Assembly (NCBI GenBank): GCA_032718475.1
Contig: JAUCBJ010007727.1
Location: forward strand, 1 to 64,000
DNA: 64,000 nucleotides
Direction: 5' to 3'
DNA from: Nemertoderma westbladi
Taxonomy: Eukaryota; Animalia; Xenacoelomorpha
The notes beneath the pieces were generated by a model. The model searched no databases and had not been told where the DNA came from. It saw only the letters and a program-made list of their open reading frames with translations. Positions 42,964 to 56,600 of this stretch are shown piece by piece (position 1 is the first letter of the stretch; each line of letters starts with the position of its first letter). The position numbers and the translations under genes were made by a program.

Positions 42964-45900
42964 TAGTCGAAATTGGACAAAGTTAAGCTGTTGCTGCGTT
43001 CAGCGTTGGTTGTAGTTGAGCAGTCTGACAGTATCAGTGTATTATTTATATTGTAGGCCTACCATTTGCTGATTTGTACATGTACTGTAAGGTTCAGGAC
43101 AGCCTCAACTACTTAAGCACTTGGCTATCTGGCTATCGCCGTTCCTTCTCCAATTCTCTATACCCAGATACCTGGATACCCACACGCGTTATTTTAATTC
43201 AAATAGGCCTAGGCCTACACCCTACAGTGCAGGAGTGGAAATCATGCAAAGCAGGTGTTTTCGCTATATCTGTATATAGCAGTAACATAGCCTATAAATA
43301 CACTAAAGAATAAGAATACACGTCTGACTGACTGAGACTGACAACCCTCCTACTCCTGCACTCAGACAGGTACAGTGAGGTGAGAGTGACAGTTACGTTT
43401 CGGGTGGGCTACCTACTGACCTACAAATGCAATTGGCAGATAGGCAGATAGGTACAGCAGAAATACAGCAATAGGCACCATAGGCCTACAAATTACTATA
43501 TAGGCCTATTTATTAATTTACGAGTTCTGGAGTTTGTACAGTGAATTTGTTGAGGATAGATGGAGGATTGTAGGCCTATATTAGGTCTATAAGCCTATGG
43601 GTATATATTTGATTAATTATTTTGGTTAGGGTTACAGCTTACAGGCAGACTGGCAGAGGCAGACAGGGTTACCTTAGGGTTTAGGAAGCCACTACTGCAT
43701 ACAGGCATACTGCTGTAAATTGTATTGAATTTGCAGGTACCACACTACCCAGCCAGCCAGCTACCATTGACAGATGATGACTGCTGGACTGGCAGACTGG
43801 TTTATCTTTTTATGAGCATGCACACGTGGAGGTGGACTGGACACTGGACAGATGTAGTGCTAGTGCAAGTGCAGTGGTGTAGTATGCTACCTACAGACCT
43901 ACCACCTACACTACGCGTCTGCCAGTACCGTCGCAGTGAAAAATTACTAAAATACCTTGCTGCCTTGCAAGTCAGCAAGTTGCCTTGCAAAATACAAGTG
44001 GCCTACCACCTGGCAGCCTGGCTGCCTGGCACCTCCGGTCCACAAACTGACAAAGAAATAAAATCTACAGGCCTATCTGCCGATCCGCCTAGGCCTATAT
44101 ATATATACACATACCTGCATACAACTGTACAACATACAGCGATACAGGTTCCGACTGTCTGATGCCAGGATGCCGGCAATAATACTGCAAGCAAGGCATG
44201 GCAGCATGGCTACAGGCTACATCCAGACATCTGTACATTGTCAGACTGTCAGATTGTCATTGTCAGACTGTCATTCTGACAGTTCAGCAGTTTCTGACAT
44301 GGTCTGATGGTAACAGTGACATAACAGTACAGCCGTAGTAGGCAGCGGCAGCCAGCAGCGCAGCCGCAACACACAGCAGACATCAGGACATGTAGGTCAG
44401 TTCAGTTCACTGTAGGATGGGATGGGCTTAGCGCTTAGACAGGCACTTGGTGCTTGCAGGTGGCAGGCTTGGCTGGCCCTGTCAAGCTGTCACTGGCAAT
44501 ACACTGACAGACTGATACACGACAATACTGCAATAGGCCATTGGCCTACTCAGATACCAGGATACTGCCATAGGCAGATCGGCCTACATCTGTATGTACA
44601 TGCTGTCATTCTGATACAGTGATATGGAGAACATAGCACATGGGGCTGTGCCTGTCTGCCTGTGGGGTGTGATTTCCGGCAGTCCGGGTATTCGGGTATT
44701 ACTGTATGTAAGTTTGTTTTGTACGGGCAACAGGTTACAGGGTTTCCTGGTTGGTTACAGCTACCGGTAGACCTACTCACGCTACTACCTGACTACAGGC
44801 AGACAGGACTAGTCTACGGATCAGCTGTTTCAGGCCAGGACTGCATCGGTACCGGTACCGGTAGCATATTACTGTATTCCCAATTGGAGTGTCGTTTCAG
44901 CTTATTTTAACATATTAACTTAATTTCGCGAATATTTAATTTCGATATTCACCATTTAAACGCACCTTTTAAAGGAAAGTAGCAGGTTATAATAGCAGGC
45001 TTTTCTAACCAAAACAATAAACTAAATTTGGGAACACAGTTTACAGTAAAATTGTTACTTCTAGGCACAAATTTTTCAATATTAATTTAACATTAACCCT
45101 ATAAGAAGGCTGAAACGACACCCCAATTGGTTTTTTGCGTACCGGTATGCGACGTATTAATACCTGAATTATGTATTGGATACAATGGCAGTTGGCATAT
45201 TCCCCTACTTAACAAAAGCTTTGAGTAGGTAGGGAGTAGGGCGGCGGGAGTGCGTATCGACAGTAGTTTTATTAGTTGTCCGTTGATGCTGGTTTGATGG
45301 CGTGTCACTTACAATTTTCTATCATGTTACAGTAACACAGTTTCTAGGGCAGTTTGTAGGCGTGACAACTTTACTTGTTCAGGGAAAGCACTGAGGGAAA
45401 ACAGGGATTAGAGTAGCTCACACTTCCTTATTTTATTGCGGCGATCGCATCGTCTGGTATAAATATCCCAAAATGAATAGCGACATGGAAAATTATTAAC
45501 CAATCATTGACGAGTGCGAGGTTACGGTATCGAATCCACACAAATGATACTATGTTAGTGGCAACATCATTCATACCTTGCTAGCATATACCCAGGATCA
45601 TTATTACACGGAAATTCATCGTATCATGTTAGAGATTACAATTGAATTTTACCATTATTTTGGAAATGAAACAACCGTAATAGAAACAGTTGAAACATCG
45701 ACTCGTGAAATATATTAGTGCGACTGTTTGAGGCCCCTTTTCCTTTTTTGTGGGGCGGTCAAAACTGCGATATCAGAGCGAACCTTTATCTGTTTATAGA
45801 CGAGCCGTTATACTACATAGCTGTTTTATATATTTATTCTGTGTGTGACGGAAGCCAATAAAACTACGTAGAAACAGCGCTAGTAATCATAACGTTTGCA

Positions 45901-47571
45901 GCAGCCAGCAGATAATGTAGGGGGTGGGGGTCAAGAAAAATCGAGGCGAGATTTGTTTCCAGTCCAGTCCAGTTGTTTTTGAACGAACTCGAATAAATAA
46001 CACATCGTTTGAATGTTTACCCAAGTAATTGAAGAATCATTAATTTATTAAAGTAACATTGCAGCATTGATCAATAAAGAATGGCTAAAGTGCATTACTG
46101 TGTTGTAGCTTAAATGACAAATAAACAAACAAGCTTGCCAGTGGAGAGCTGGCAAATCATAAAAAACAATTCTTCAAATTACATTCGATAATTTAGAACA
46201 GACTCATTCGACCTGCAATGATCTGAAAAGTTTGTGTAAAGTGAAAACGCCTTCAAAAAAGGTGCTTGTGGTACCTTAGATGTCAATTAATTTTTCCAAA
46301 ATTTGTCATGATCCACTTGTTTAGCGATAAAGGAACAATGTGTAACTTATATACAAATCTGAGAGAAAAAATGTTTGCCTATATTTTTGGCCGTCTACCT
46401 CTAATAGGCCTACCGCATACAATGACAGGAAGACACATTGACGTATGACATCTCTCCTTTGTAACTCCTACTGTATTTATTCGACCGACAACTATGATTA
46501 ACTTTTTACCGAATACTTGATAATAATAAATTCTAACATTCTTTAATCAACATTCACGTTATTGCTATTATGTTATCACAATGTTTTTGGTCATTAAGAT
46601 TAAATCACGCATAACTTACAGAATCAGAGCGATTTAAGGAAAAAACGCTCACACGGGGCAGCATAATACGAAACATTGGGCAAAGTACCGGCTGTACAAT
46701 ATACACAAAGTACAGTAGTATACTGTATTGTATGATAAAAAACCATTGTTTGTAGGAAATGTACAGTAACTTCTCCTACAAAACGAAATGAAGCGAAATT
46801 TTGCAGAAAGCATGTCCATTACAGTAGATGTTCCCCATGGGGTGTCGATAGAATTTTGATTGAGTGAATTCTACAATTATTATCGGTTATTCTAGTATTA
46901 ATTTCACTGTTGCTAGGCAACCAACATGTCCCTCGCAACCAAAACCTTGCATACACAACTACAGTACTGAAGGTCCGACAATGAATCCATCATCAATGTT
47001 TCATCCAATTCCATCACCATTAAGTGTAAGAAGTTGTGTGTACAAACAGACACACAAGCACCCCCCAAAGATGAGTGAGAAATAAGGACATCCAAATATT
47101 ATTAGAGCTTGGTACTCTAATGTCTACCAATATGATAATAAATACATAGGGGGCCTACTGTGTTCTGGTAAGATTGTAGATGTTAGTTGGTGGGTTACAG
47201 GTCTGCTACACCAAACAACCCCAGACCTGTCTTTTTCTGAAACTGAAATCAGTAGCTACATTACGCCAAATAATAAACTCAAATTCAATTGTGAGGCGAG
47301 ACACTAAGTTGGCGTTAGCTTAGCGAACTGACACTGTTAGGGTTGAGTCGATAATCGCAAATACTGTAGTTGTCGTCGTCGTTGTCTGCGTTACCATTTT
47401 GACATGCTAATAACTTTGTCGCATTTAAAGCTGTCGAGTTGAAAATTTGTAGGCAATAATAAGACAAAGTTGTGATTTTTTAGAGAATTCAAGTCTCTAT
47501 CAGTTCAACAGTCTTCCGCTAGAGGGCTAAAAGACTGAACATTAAATGTCCTCCCATTTCTTCGCCTTTAA

Positions 47572-48350
47572 CCCCTTAGAGCCTATGACGTCCACTGCAC
47601 GTCACCATGGACAGCACTAAGACGTGCAGTGGACGTCATGCTGGAATACATGTTTTATTGGAAGGCTCTTGGTCTAGGTATACTGGTAGACAGTATTAAT
47701 GACATTTAGTGCTCTTCATGGCAAAAAAATCCATTCTGAACTGTAGATAGGCTGTATTGTAGACTGTATTATTAGTGTTAGGTATATGGCGTAATGCCAA
47801 CCACAGTACAGTAGTACAGACTGACAGAAAGACCGACAGACAGACAGACTAGATTTATGTAAACGTGTAAACTGACATTAGAATTGAAATCAGCAACCCT
47901 TAAAACCCCCATGGCGAGAATGTTAGTTAGTTTGTATACTTTCTTAAGTTTTGACAGACTGACTGACAGAAAGACCGATAGCCAGACTGACTAGATTTTT
48001 TTAAACGTGAAAACTGACATCTGAAATTAAATCAGCACCCATTAAAACCCCCATAGCGAGAATGTTAGTCAGTTTGTATTATTTTTTAAGTTTTGACAGA
48101 CTGACTGACTGACTGACAGAAAGACCGACAGACCGACGAACAGACAGACTAGTTTTATGTAAACCTGAAAACTGACATCAGAAATGAAATCAGCACCCCT
48201 TACAACCTCCATAGCGAGAATGTTAGTTAGTTTGTATTCTGTTATAAGTTTTGACAGACAAACAGACAGAAAGACTGATAAACTTCAGATTTGTGATTTT
48301 AGTTTAGGAATATGGGGCACAAATAAAATCCTGCTTTAGGTGCTAAAGGG
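47572..48350. mobile_element. piggyBac-type MITE with internal ~150-bp tandem repeats
   Basis: TTAA TSDs; CCCCTTAGAGCCTA / TAGGTGCTAAAGGG imperfect TIRs; three internal repeats at about 47820-48280. Confidence 0.8.
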
Positions 48351-49026
48351 TTAATCCGTTCAAGCTGAAACTTGGCATATTTATCATTAGTATATTACTA
48401 TTAGTAAATTAGTATATACTGTAGTATAGTATATTAGCATATTTATCACCATTAGCTGTGTCCTACAAAGGAGGTTAGTCCTTTTGCAGTTCTCCAGTCT
48501 GCCGGTAGATGACGAAATATCTGAAAGTGAAATCCATGACGGGACCCTTGGTAGGAATAATTGGGGTATCCCAGTAAAGTGGTTGCCGGGATATGACCGG
48601 GATCATTTTTGATAAAATGGTAACATAGTTTAGGGGATTGCAAATAACTATACAATACAAACCGGGATAATTTATTATGGAAGATTTATGAACCTTTGTT
48701 ATTAGAATAAACTGTAATACTGTAAGATTTGACAAATTCAATGCTTTTGATTTGCTAACGCAGTCGTTATTAACCTAGATCAATCTTCTTCAACCTTATG
48801 ATGATTTGGTGGAGAACTGATAGAAAACTGACCATGTTAGAATTCCAAATACATGTATGTAACACAATCGAAATCTCGTCGTAATACAGTAATACTGTAT
48901 GTAGCTGGGATATGAGCGTTCAAATGTTTCATGGTTTTGCACCAGCGCCGCGAGGCTATTTTATTCTATAACCATATTCTGGAACATTTTGTTTATGTAG
49001 GAATAGCTACGTAATAATATGATTAA

Positions 49027-49260
49027 CCACCGACGGGGTGTGGTGCAAGGAGGCCGAAATCCTTATTCGCCACCTCGCCGAGACCTTAGTCTCGCGACGG
49101 CAAAGTATGACGGAACGCGGCCTCGCCTGTGTCTTGGGTGGAGTTCGAAGGCGCCCCCAGTTTTCCTTACTCCGTTCCAACTCCCTCTGTCTGCGCGGTG
49201 GTCGTCGGCCGTGGCGGGGTCTTGGACTTGGGGACGGCGCAGGTTTGCGGGGATCTGACC
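49027..49260 (+). mobile_element. 3' end fragment of a CRE-like (RLE-type) non-LTR retrotransposon
   Basis: TTDGVWCKEAEILIRHLA...VRRRPQFSLLRSNSLCLRGGRRPWRGLGLGDGA resembles the CRE C-terminal pattern (TDG..G.EA..F.K.LA...WVR.RLSF..LR...LCLRG.R). Confidence 0.65.
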
Positions 49261-49342
49261 TACCGGATCGGTATTGATCCCCCCCACCCCCCCCCCCCCC
49301 CCCCCCCCGCTTGGTGTTGGGCCCTTTAGAGTGGTGCAATTT

Positions 49343-50695
49343 GTGGGGCGAGCCACGAAGTGAGTGAGCCTTAGCGTAGTGGTACCATTAATCAACCTGT
49401 CGTTCTGTCGTTCTGTCGTGTTCAATTTTAAACATTAATAACTCGGCCAATCTTTGATGAAATTTATCCAAACTTGGTACACATGTTGTTTGGCAAAAGT
49501 TTAGAAATTTTCCAAGTAGAATTTCCGTGTGGCCTTCGAGAAGCTAAGATAATAGCAGTTAATTAGTTAATTAAGTTGATTACGGTAATAACACCATTTT
49601 CAACCTGCCTTTTAAAGGAAATTAATTGTTTTACAGTATAAGATTTAAATAATTATAATTAAAAATTATACAGATGTAATCCACATACGCCATTCTATTA
49701 TAGTTTTTAATTAGTTCAAGTGATTTGCTTTAATAATTGTGTCTTTAATTGATCTAAAGTAATTAAAACGGCAAAAAAAATTGATTCTCATTAAATACTG
49801 CTCATTTATTGGTTAACATCCAAGTTGGCTCGGTGCTGGTACATAAGATAGGAAGGATGTTTGGTGTGTGTAGAACAGCCAGTGCTCTTCAATGGGAATG
49901 CGAATGTAAGTAACCACATGTGTACAGGCCGGTAGACAGATTGGCCATAGCTAGCTAACGAGATGGAAATCTGAATTCCCTACTATTCAGTCTATTATTG
50001 TGTTATTGTGTGTTAGACAGATCTCATTTAATAAATGTCAGTCAATAACATTTTACCACTGCAGAAGTTTATTTATATCCATACTTGTTTTTTCCTCATA
50101 AATATTGGGCTTATTATTTTTTGATGGGATTTCTTTGTAGTTGAATTGTCTAAGTTTTTACACTGAGGCATTAACAGAGGGTACTGGTATTAAATTAATT
50201 ATTTGAATATCATTACTGCATCGACTGCATTTAGTACTGCGTTCTGCATTGATTATATTCCTATAAACCATTCCTGGTTTCGCATATTGCACGTATCCAT
50301 AGTTATAAAGATTGCCAGTCTGCGTTTAGGAAATATATTTAAATACAAAACAGGACGAGCGCAACGACGCTTATAATAATTAAGACGAGTACGGCGTTGA
50401 TTATATTCCTATACACCACCTGGCTTTGCATATTGAACGTGCGATTGGAAATAAGTTCGTTCTACCCTTCCGTGGGTGGTAGATGTCGTGGTTATGTATT
50501 GGTGGTTGGGAAGGGTGGGGGGGGGGGGGGGGGGTGGAGAGATTAAAAGGGGTGAACACGTACTGTCCCCCTTTCTTGGATTGATTGGTGGTGTGGGTAA
50601 ATTTCTCAAAACCTGATTTTGTGATACAGTCGCTCAATTTTAATTTGTGTCTCATAACTGGGCCTCGTGCTGCGCGAAGGCCCCACGAACGTGTA
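49343..50695 (+). mobile_element. Non-autonomous dispersed repeat, Helentron/HINE-like
   Basis: GTGGGGC...GCCCCAC short subterminal inverted repeat, ctgtc microsatellite-like stretch near the 5' end, 3' hairpin, T-rich flanks; partial copies at about 285-350, 3190-3575 and 10833-13790. Confidence 0.55.
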
Positions 50696-52161
50696 CTTTG
50701 TGCTATAAGGTGTTTTATATCTACTTTATTTTGCTAATATACGGATTTCACTTTCTTCTTTTTTATTAAATAATATGATTAAAGATGTAATGCATTGTTG
50801 CTCAGCTACGTATGGGATAAACAAAATGTTATAGAATGTGATGTATTTATTAAATATAATAAAATAGTCTCGCGCAGATGCAAAACCATTCAACTTTCGA
50901 ACGCCTATGTCTCAGCTATTTTAACGACGAAATTCAGATTGTGTTTCATATTTGGAATCCCGCTTTCCATCAGTAAAACAAATCACAATAAGTATAATAT
51001 GGTTTAAGAATAACTGCGGTGTAACTGGAGCAATATTGACTCCTTTTCTACAGTCTACTCGCTTGTAGCTAAAAAATGAGAGCAAAAGTAACAATTCTGA
51101 CTCACCCACCCAGCACCTGGAAGTAGAGTTGCATGAAACTTACTCTGTTTCAACTTTTATGCAATGTCATTATGATTTGCAGACAAATTTGGGGGGGGGG
51201 GGTGGGTGGGGCTGGGGGTACCTGAATAATGACACTACAGTATATTCCAGGACATGGTGTAAATACAGTAGGTATATATTATATGCATTAATTAATGGAA
51301 ACATTTCGTGATTGAGTTGGGAGCGGGACATTTTCACACAACAATACTTGGTAACCGGGATATGTAGAAGAAATCCCTACCCTGCCTTGACCCATTCCGT
51401 TATTAATGATCCGTTCAAATTGAAACTTGTTAGATACAGTATGTTCTACTATACAGTCGGGATCTCAAAGTGCATCTGTTCTTTGAGATTTTCTCAAAGT
51501 TTTTCTAAAAGTGTCTAAAAAAGTCATTACATTACTCCCAACGGCCGCTTTGAATTCTTGTAGACACTTTTAGTTGGGAATCTCAAAGTGATTTCCTGCT
51601 TTTAGGCACTTTGAATTCTTTGAGAAATGTCACTTTGAGGTAGTTTGCGGCACTTTTAATTCTTTGAGAAAATAAACTCAGAGGTATTCCTGATTGACAG
51701 CTCGTGGTAAGTTAACTGAGAGGCAGAGGCATTCTCGGGGAACAATATTATGCGGGCAACAAAGTGATACTTGTGTGCTGGCCAGTTGTTGCATAGAAGA
51801 TATATTCCCATTAATTTATCAAATTGAGGTTCCTGAGGTCATTACGGGATGGGTTTTCGGTCGCAAGTACAAATTGAATTTACGGCACCCTAAAGTCTTT
51901 CTAAAAAACATTCATTCAAATAATACATGAAACATAATTAGTGAAACAAGATTAATGCTTGACAAGATTGATTATTTTAATAACATAATACAATATCAGA
52001 TTAACAATTAATATAAGAGAAACTGCACTGTAGTATCTCTGTGTATATGCAGTTTCATTATAATGACCTAAAGAAGCCCTGTTGGGAGAAAGCTTGTAAT
52101 AACATTTGTTATTCATTTCATTAGTCACCTCAGGTCAAACCGTACTACCTTAACTGTTTAA

Positions 52162-53035
52162 GGGGGGGGTATACCCCCCCTCAGGTAAAATTTTCAAATT
52201 GTTGTTTCTTTATTTCATCTAGTGCAGAATTTAATGATGATTACAAATCTGAAAACCGCTTAGTGAGACCTCTTTCAGTTCTCCAGTTATCACTGTTTTT
52301 CCGTATGACGGTCTGTCCGTCAAATTGTAAGAAAGACAGAAGACCGACAGACAGACAGACAGACTAGATTCCACCAAAAATTAAAACTGACATCGGAAAT
52401 GAAATCAGTGACCCCGAAAACCCCCGTAATGAACATTTTAGCTCGTTGGTGTGCATCCTTCGTGCCGGAAATAATTAACCAACCAGAACGCAGACAGCCA
52501 ATTTTGGCGGGACGGTTTAAACTTTGAAGGGCATTTTCTCGGAATGACATTTTTCATTTTCAAATTACTACTCCTCCGTCATTTTTTAACCAATTTACTT
52601 CGTTTATGGCTCATTCGAATGAGCTTTGGAAGCTCTTTAAAAGTTATCTTATGGAATTTTGATAAATATTACAATTTTTTCTAATTAGCCAATTTTAATT
52701 AAAAATATGATAATTAATTAATTAATTTAATTAATTAAAATAAAAATGGCTAATTAAAAATTCTATAAGATAACTTTTGTAGAGTCGATCACGCTGAGTC
52801 CAAAAAAGTTGGTTTCAAGAAATTTGGACCAAAATTGAGGGACTAGTAGCAATTTTAGTGAAATCTTTAATTCCGCCGCCAGCCGCTAGGGGGAGGCTAT
52901 AAATTTTCAAATTTTACTATAAACGCTATTTGGCCTTCCATACAGTGGTTGACCATAACAAAATAGCAGTATTATCATTTAACACAAATTGACAGCCATT
53001 TTAAAAAAAGGTTCATGGGGGGGTATACCCCCCCC
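52162..53035. mobile_element. Kolobok-like MITE
   Basis: TTAA TSD; palindromic TIR GGGGGGGGTATACCCCCCC. Confidence 0.7.
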
Positions 53036-53759
53036 TTAATTAATATGATAACTATGTTGACGAGAGCGCGAGAATTCCTTCTTAAAAACTAAGAAAGGCT
53101 TTCGACTTTCAAGTACGATAGAACGGCCACCACCTTGTGTTGTTTTAGCTTAATAGAGATATTAAAATATCCCCTGCCGCTGGCGTTTATATTTGAGCAT
53201 TATTATTTTAAATGTTTGCCTCATATTCAATTGATGTGTACCGCCTTCTGGCAAAGCGGCACCCAGTTTAAACTATCAATCACAGCTAGTGAGTAGCGAC
53301 CCACGGACGGCGACCTTCAAACAAACAGGTGCAGAGTCGGAAAGAACTGTCACATGCTTTGCTTGGCTTGTGGTACCATTTGATTACATAATAGATTTTG
53401 GCAGACTGGGCGGTCGCTCTGACCATATGCATTGCGCACCAACAATGCCTAAAACATCTATGGGAACAGCCAATTAGTGCGCTTGAATCATTTTCTTTAT
53501 TCCTGCGTTATTCTTTACTTTGTATAACACAATTTACAGTAACCGGAAAAATCTGCAAGAAAAAGTATCTGCAAAGTATGGCTGGTTGACCATTGAAATG
53601 CATTGGTAAAGGTATTCGGCGTTCACGTGGGCTAAACAAATTTAAACAGTACAGTTTTAGCACTATACATTAATATAGATAGGGCAACAGACAAACTGTC
53701 TATGACACAAATACCAACACATTCCGATAGCCCGCAATTATGGCGTCTCTAAAGAGTCC

Positions 53760-54118
53760 AAATATAAATTAATAAAATCCTCTATGAAACAATAAAAATA
53801 CCTAAAAAAAATACTGCTGTATTAAATATTAGTTACTGCAGTAACATATAACAATTACTGCAGTAACAAATATTTATTACTGCAATAATCAATATTAATA
53901 AATAATTTAATAAAAATTTATACTGCAGTAATCAATGTTAATAAATAATTGAATAAAAATTTCTACTGCAGTAACAAATTATTTGTTACTGCAGAAAAAG
54001 ACAATTTTTTATTACTGCAGTAAGTTTAATTCTTACTTTCAGTAACAAATATTTATTACTGCAGTATTTTTTGGAGGCATCTTTATTGTTTCATAGAGGT
54101 TTTTATTACTTATATTTT
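53760..54118. mobile_element. Small foldback element with internal TACTGCAGTA repeats
   Basis: aataaaatcctctatgaaacaataaa is inverted as tttattgtttcatagaggtttttatt. Confidence 0.7.
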
Positions 54119-55108
54119 AATTTTACCCTATAGTCAAAGTCAATATACCCATGACCTACTAGTTACTGTTATAGTAGGTCATGATATACCCCATACCATA
54201 GCCAGCTTCAGGCAGGACTGTATGAAATGACTGACAGTACTACTTTGAAATCTTTGAGGACACTTTGTCATTTTCTTGGACCACTTTTAGAAATTTGAGA
54301 CACTTTTAGTTCTTTGAGAAAATCTCAAAGAACAGATGCACTTTGAGACCCCGACTGTATAACACATCCTGAATCTTTGGGGGGACGGTAATCGGTTTGT
54401 AGTTCTCCAGTCTGCCGCTAAAGGGCGAAATGAATACAAGGGACAACTTCCCCATTTCCCTGATCTTAATCTATTCAAGCTGAATCTTGAAATATATGTC
54501 CCAGACCACATGCTGCGTCTTTTTGAAGAAGGTGATCCATCTGTAGCTACCGCTACCAGTCTGCTGCTAGAGGGCGAAATGTCTGAAAGTACAATAGAAA
54601 CCGTCCACACTATTTAACTGTGATTTGAATCAGTTTAAGATGAAACTTGGCAGATATGAACTAGAAAACTGGCTGCTTCTTTGTGAGATGGTACTCCATC
54701 TACACTTATTGAGTTTTCCGCTAGACGTCGAAATATCTGAAAGTGAAAACTTTTATCTCAATTCGTTATCCGTTTAAGCTATTACTTAACTAACCTAAAG
54801 ATAACTTTGCAGATATACATGATAGACCGCAGGCGCAGACCATCAACAGGCAGCGTCTTTGTTGGGGGAATAATCCCTCGGCAATTCTCCAGTCTACCAC
54901 TAGTGGGGTGAAATGAAAATATTTTAAGAATTATCTGAAATGAAAACTTACAGCCCTTTCGTAGTATTCTTTATAATCTTTCATCATCTTTCAGACTGAG
55001 TTTTTCTGAGGTCTTAAATCGACTGCAGTTACCCAGACTGCCTCTAGGTGGTAGTGATTAGGGGAAATCTGCTTAGATTTTGCTTATAATGATTTTGAGT
55101 CGATACTA

Positions 55109-55800
55109 CAGTACAGGCCACCAGAAAAAGCAGATTTCATCCAATGTGATCACATGTGAACACATTTGTTCAAGTCATCTGATTGGCAGGTTATGGCGAG
55201 TTATCTTCTAGATCACACAGCAGGAGGCTAACTTGTTGGGACCAACAAAAGCTTTGTGTGCGGTGCGCCTGTACGTCTGACATCAGGTAGATTAGAGAGC
55301 CCCCAGGGCGTTACGTTGCGGACATGGGCCTTATTGGTAGAGAGAGAACTACATACAAGACCACATGGAGGTTCATGGAGTGTATCAGAGTGGATGGGTA
55401 TGTGGATGGAGGAGCCTAGACCAGTGAATAATTAATTTTGCAGGGAGATGTCGCGCCATTAGTCTGACACCGAGAGGGCACAGAGAAACACCAGAAGATG
55501 CCTTAACATCACTAACTATAGGCCTACTAGACACGAGTAACCGCACACTATAAAGGTAAACAAAATCCTTATCGCATTTCTAGCTGCAATGAGTGACAGT
55601 TCGCGGCAAACTACAGAGAGTTTCCAGATTACTAAGCGTTTCAAAAGTATTCAAATGTATCCTTTGGTGAAAAAATTTTGGTTGTTGCCAATTCAATTAT
55701 GTTCAATTGTCCCGTTCAACAACATTACATTACACTGGTACACATTTGATAAAATGTGTTCACATTTGTACAAATCTGCGTTTTCTGGTGGCCTGTACTG
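55109..55800. mobile_element. Tc1/mariner-type MITE
   Basis: TIR CAGTACAGGCCACCAGAAAA(A/C)GCAGATTT; TA flanks. Confidence 0.8.
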
Positions 55801-56049
55801 TAACATAATGTAAGACACCTTATGCTGCGTGCTGTGCGAAGGAAAAACTCTCAGTTTGTGTATGAGATGCTATGCCAAAGCCAATCAATGCCCACGATGG
55901 ATGAATTAAAGGGAACTCGGATGTCAGAGGAGGTAGGACATGTACTTCCTTTAGCTCTCAACTCGTTTTATTGTGTCCTGCTAACTAACTAACTAGCGAC
56001 GGGCGGCGGAATGTGTTCATAAAGCCACCTCTCATTAAAAACTGTCGTC

Positions 56050-56600
56050 TATGGTTATGGTTGCATCTAATATGGACTGGCAATGGGTATACCTATACAT
56101 GCACACAGTTAGAGGTTTCTTTCTCCAACCCAACATGCGGGCGAATTACATCGGTATTCTTGATAAAGAGCTGTCTAGTTTTCAACTAATTGCAATTATG
56201 TTCTTTTGTACAGTATATCATTCTCGCAGATATTGGGAGACGTAGGATAATATTATTGAGCTAGATCCATTTGACCCCACGATAGAAAAAGGTAGTTTTC
56301 TGCTCTGTATCTTTATTGCGTTCTTGTATTAGTCCATTAATATTGCCAATATGATACTAAAAAAGCCAGCAAGCTGTCTATAATAAGACCGTCCATAGGC
56401 AAACGTAGTATATTTTGGTCAACCCCGCATTGAACATTTTTGCTTACAGTATGCGAGTGTGTAATTCCAGCCCCCTAAATGTCGTTAAACCTATAAAACA
56501 TTTGAACTGCCCAGTGCTTAAAATTCAATCATCTGGCCTCCCACCTAACATAGCAGTGAGTAACCTTATAGATATTCCCATAGGATTCACTGGGAAGAGC
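56050..56600 (-). pseudogene. Possible highly decayed LINE RT remnant
   Basis: Minus-strand GQFKCFIGLTTFRGLELHTRIL*AKMFNAGL loosely resembles the CFIDLxKAFD.V.H..L..KL...G RT motif; many stops. Confidence 0.3.

Larger units (their letters stand above)
51454..54357. mobile_element. Tc1/mariner-type non-autonomous element (2.9 kb) with nested MITEs
   Basis: TA-CAGTCGGG(A/G)TCTCAAAGTGCATCTGTTCTTTGAGATTTTCTCAAAG inverted at both ends; TA TSD. Confidence 0.8.
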
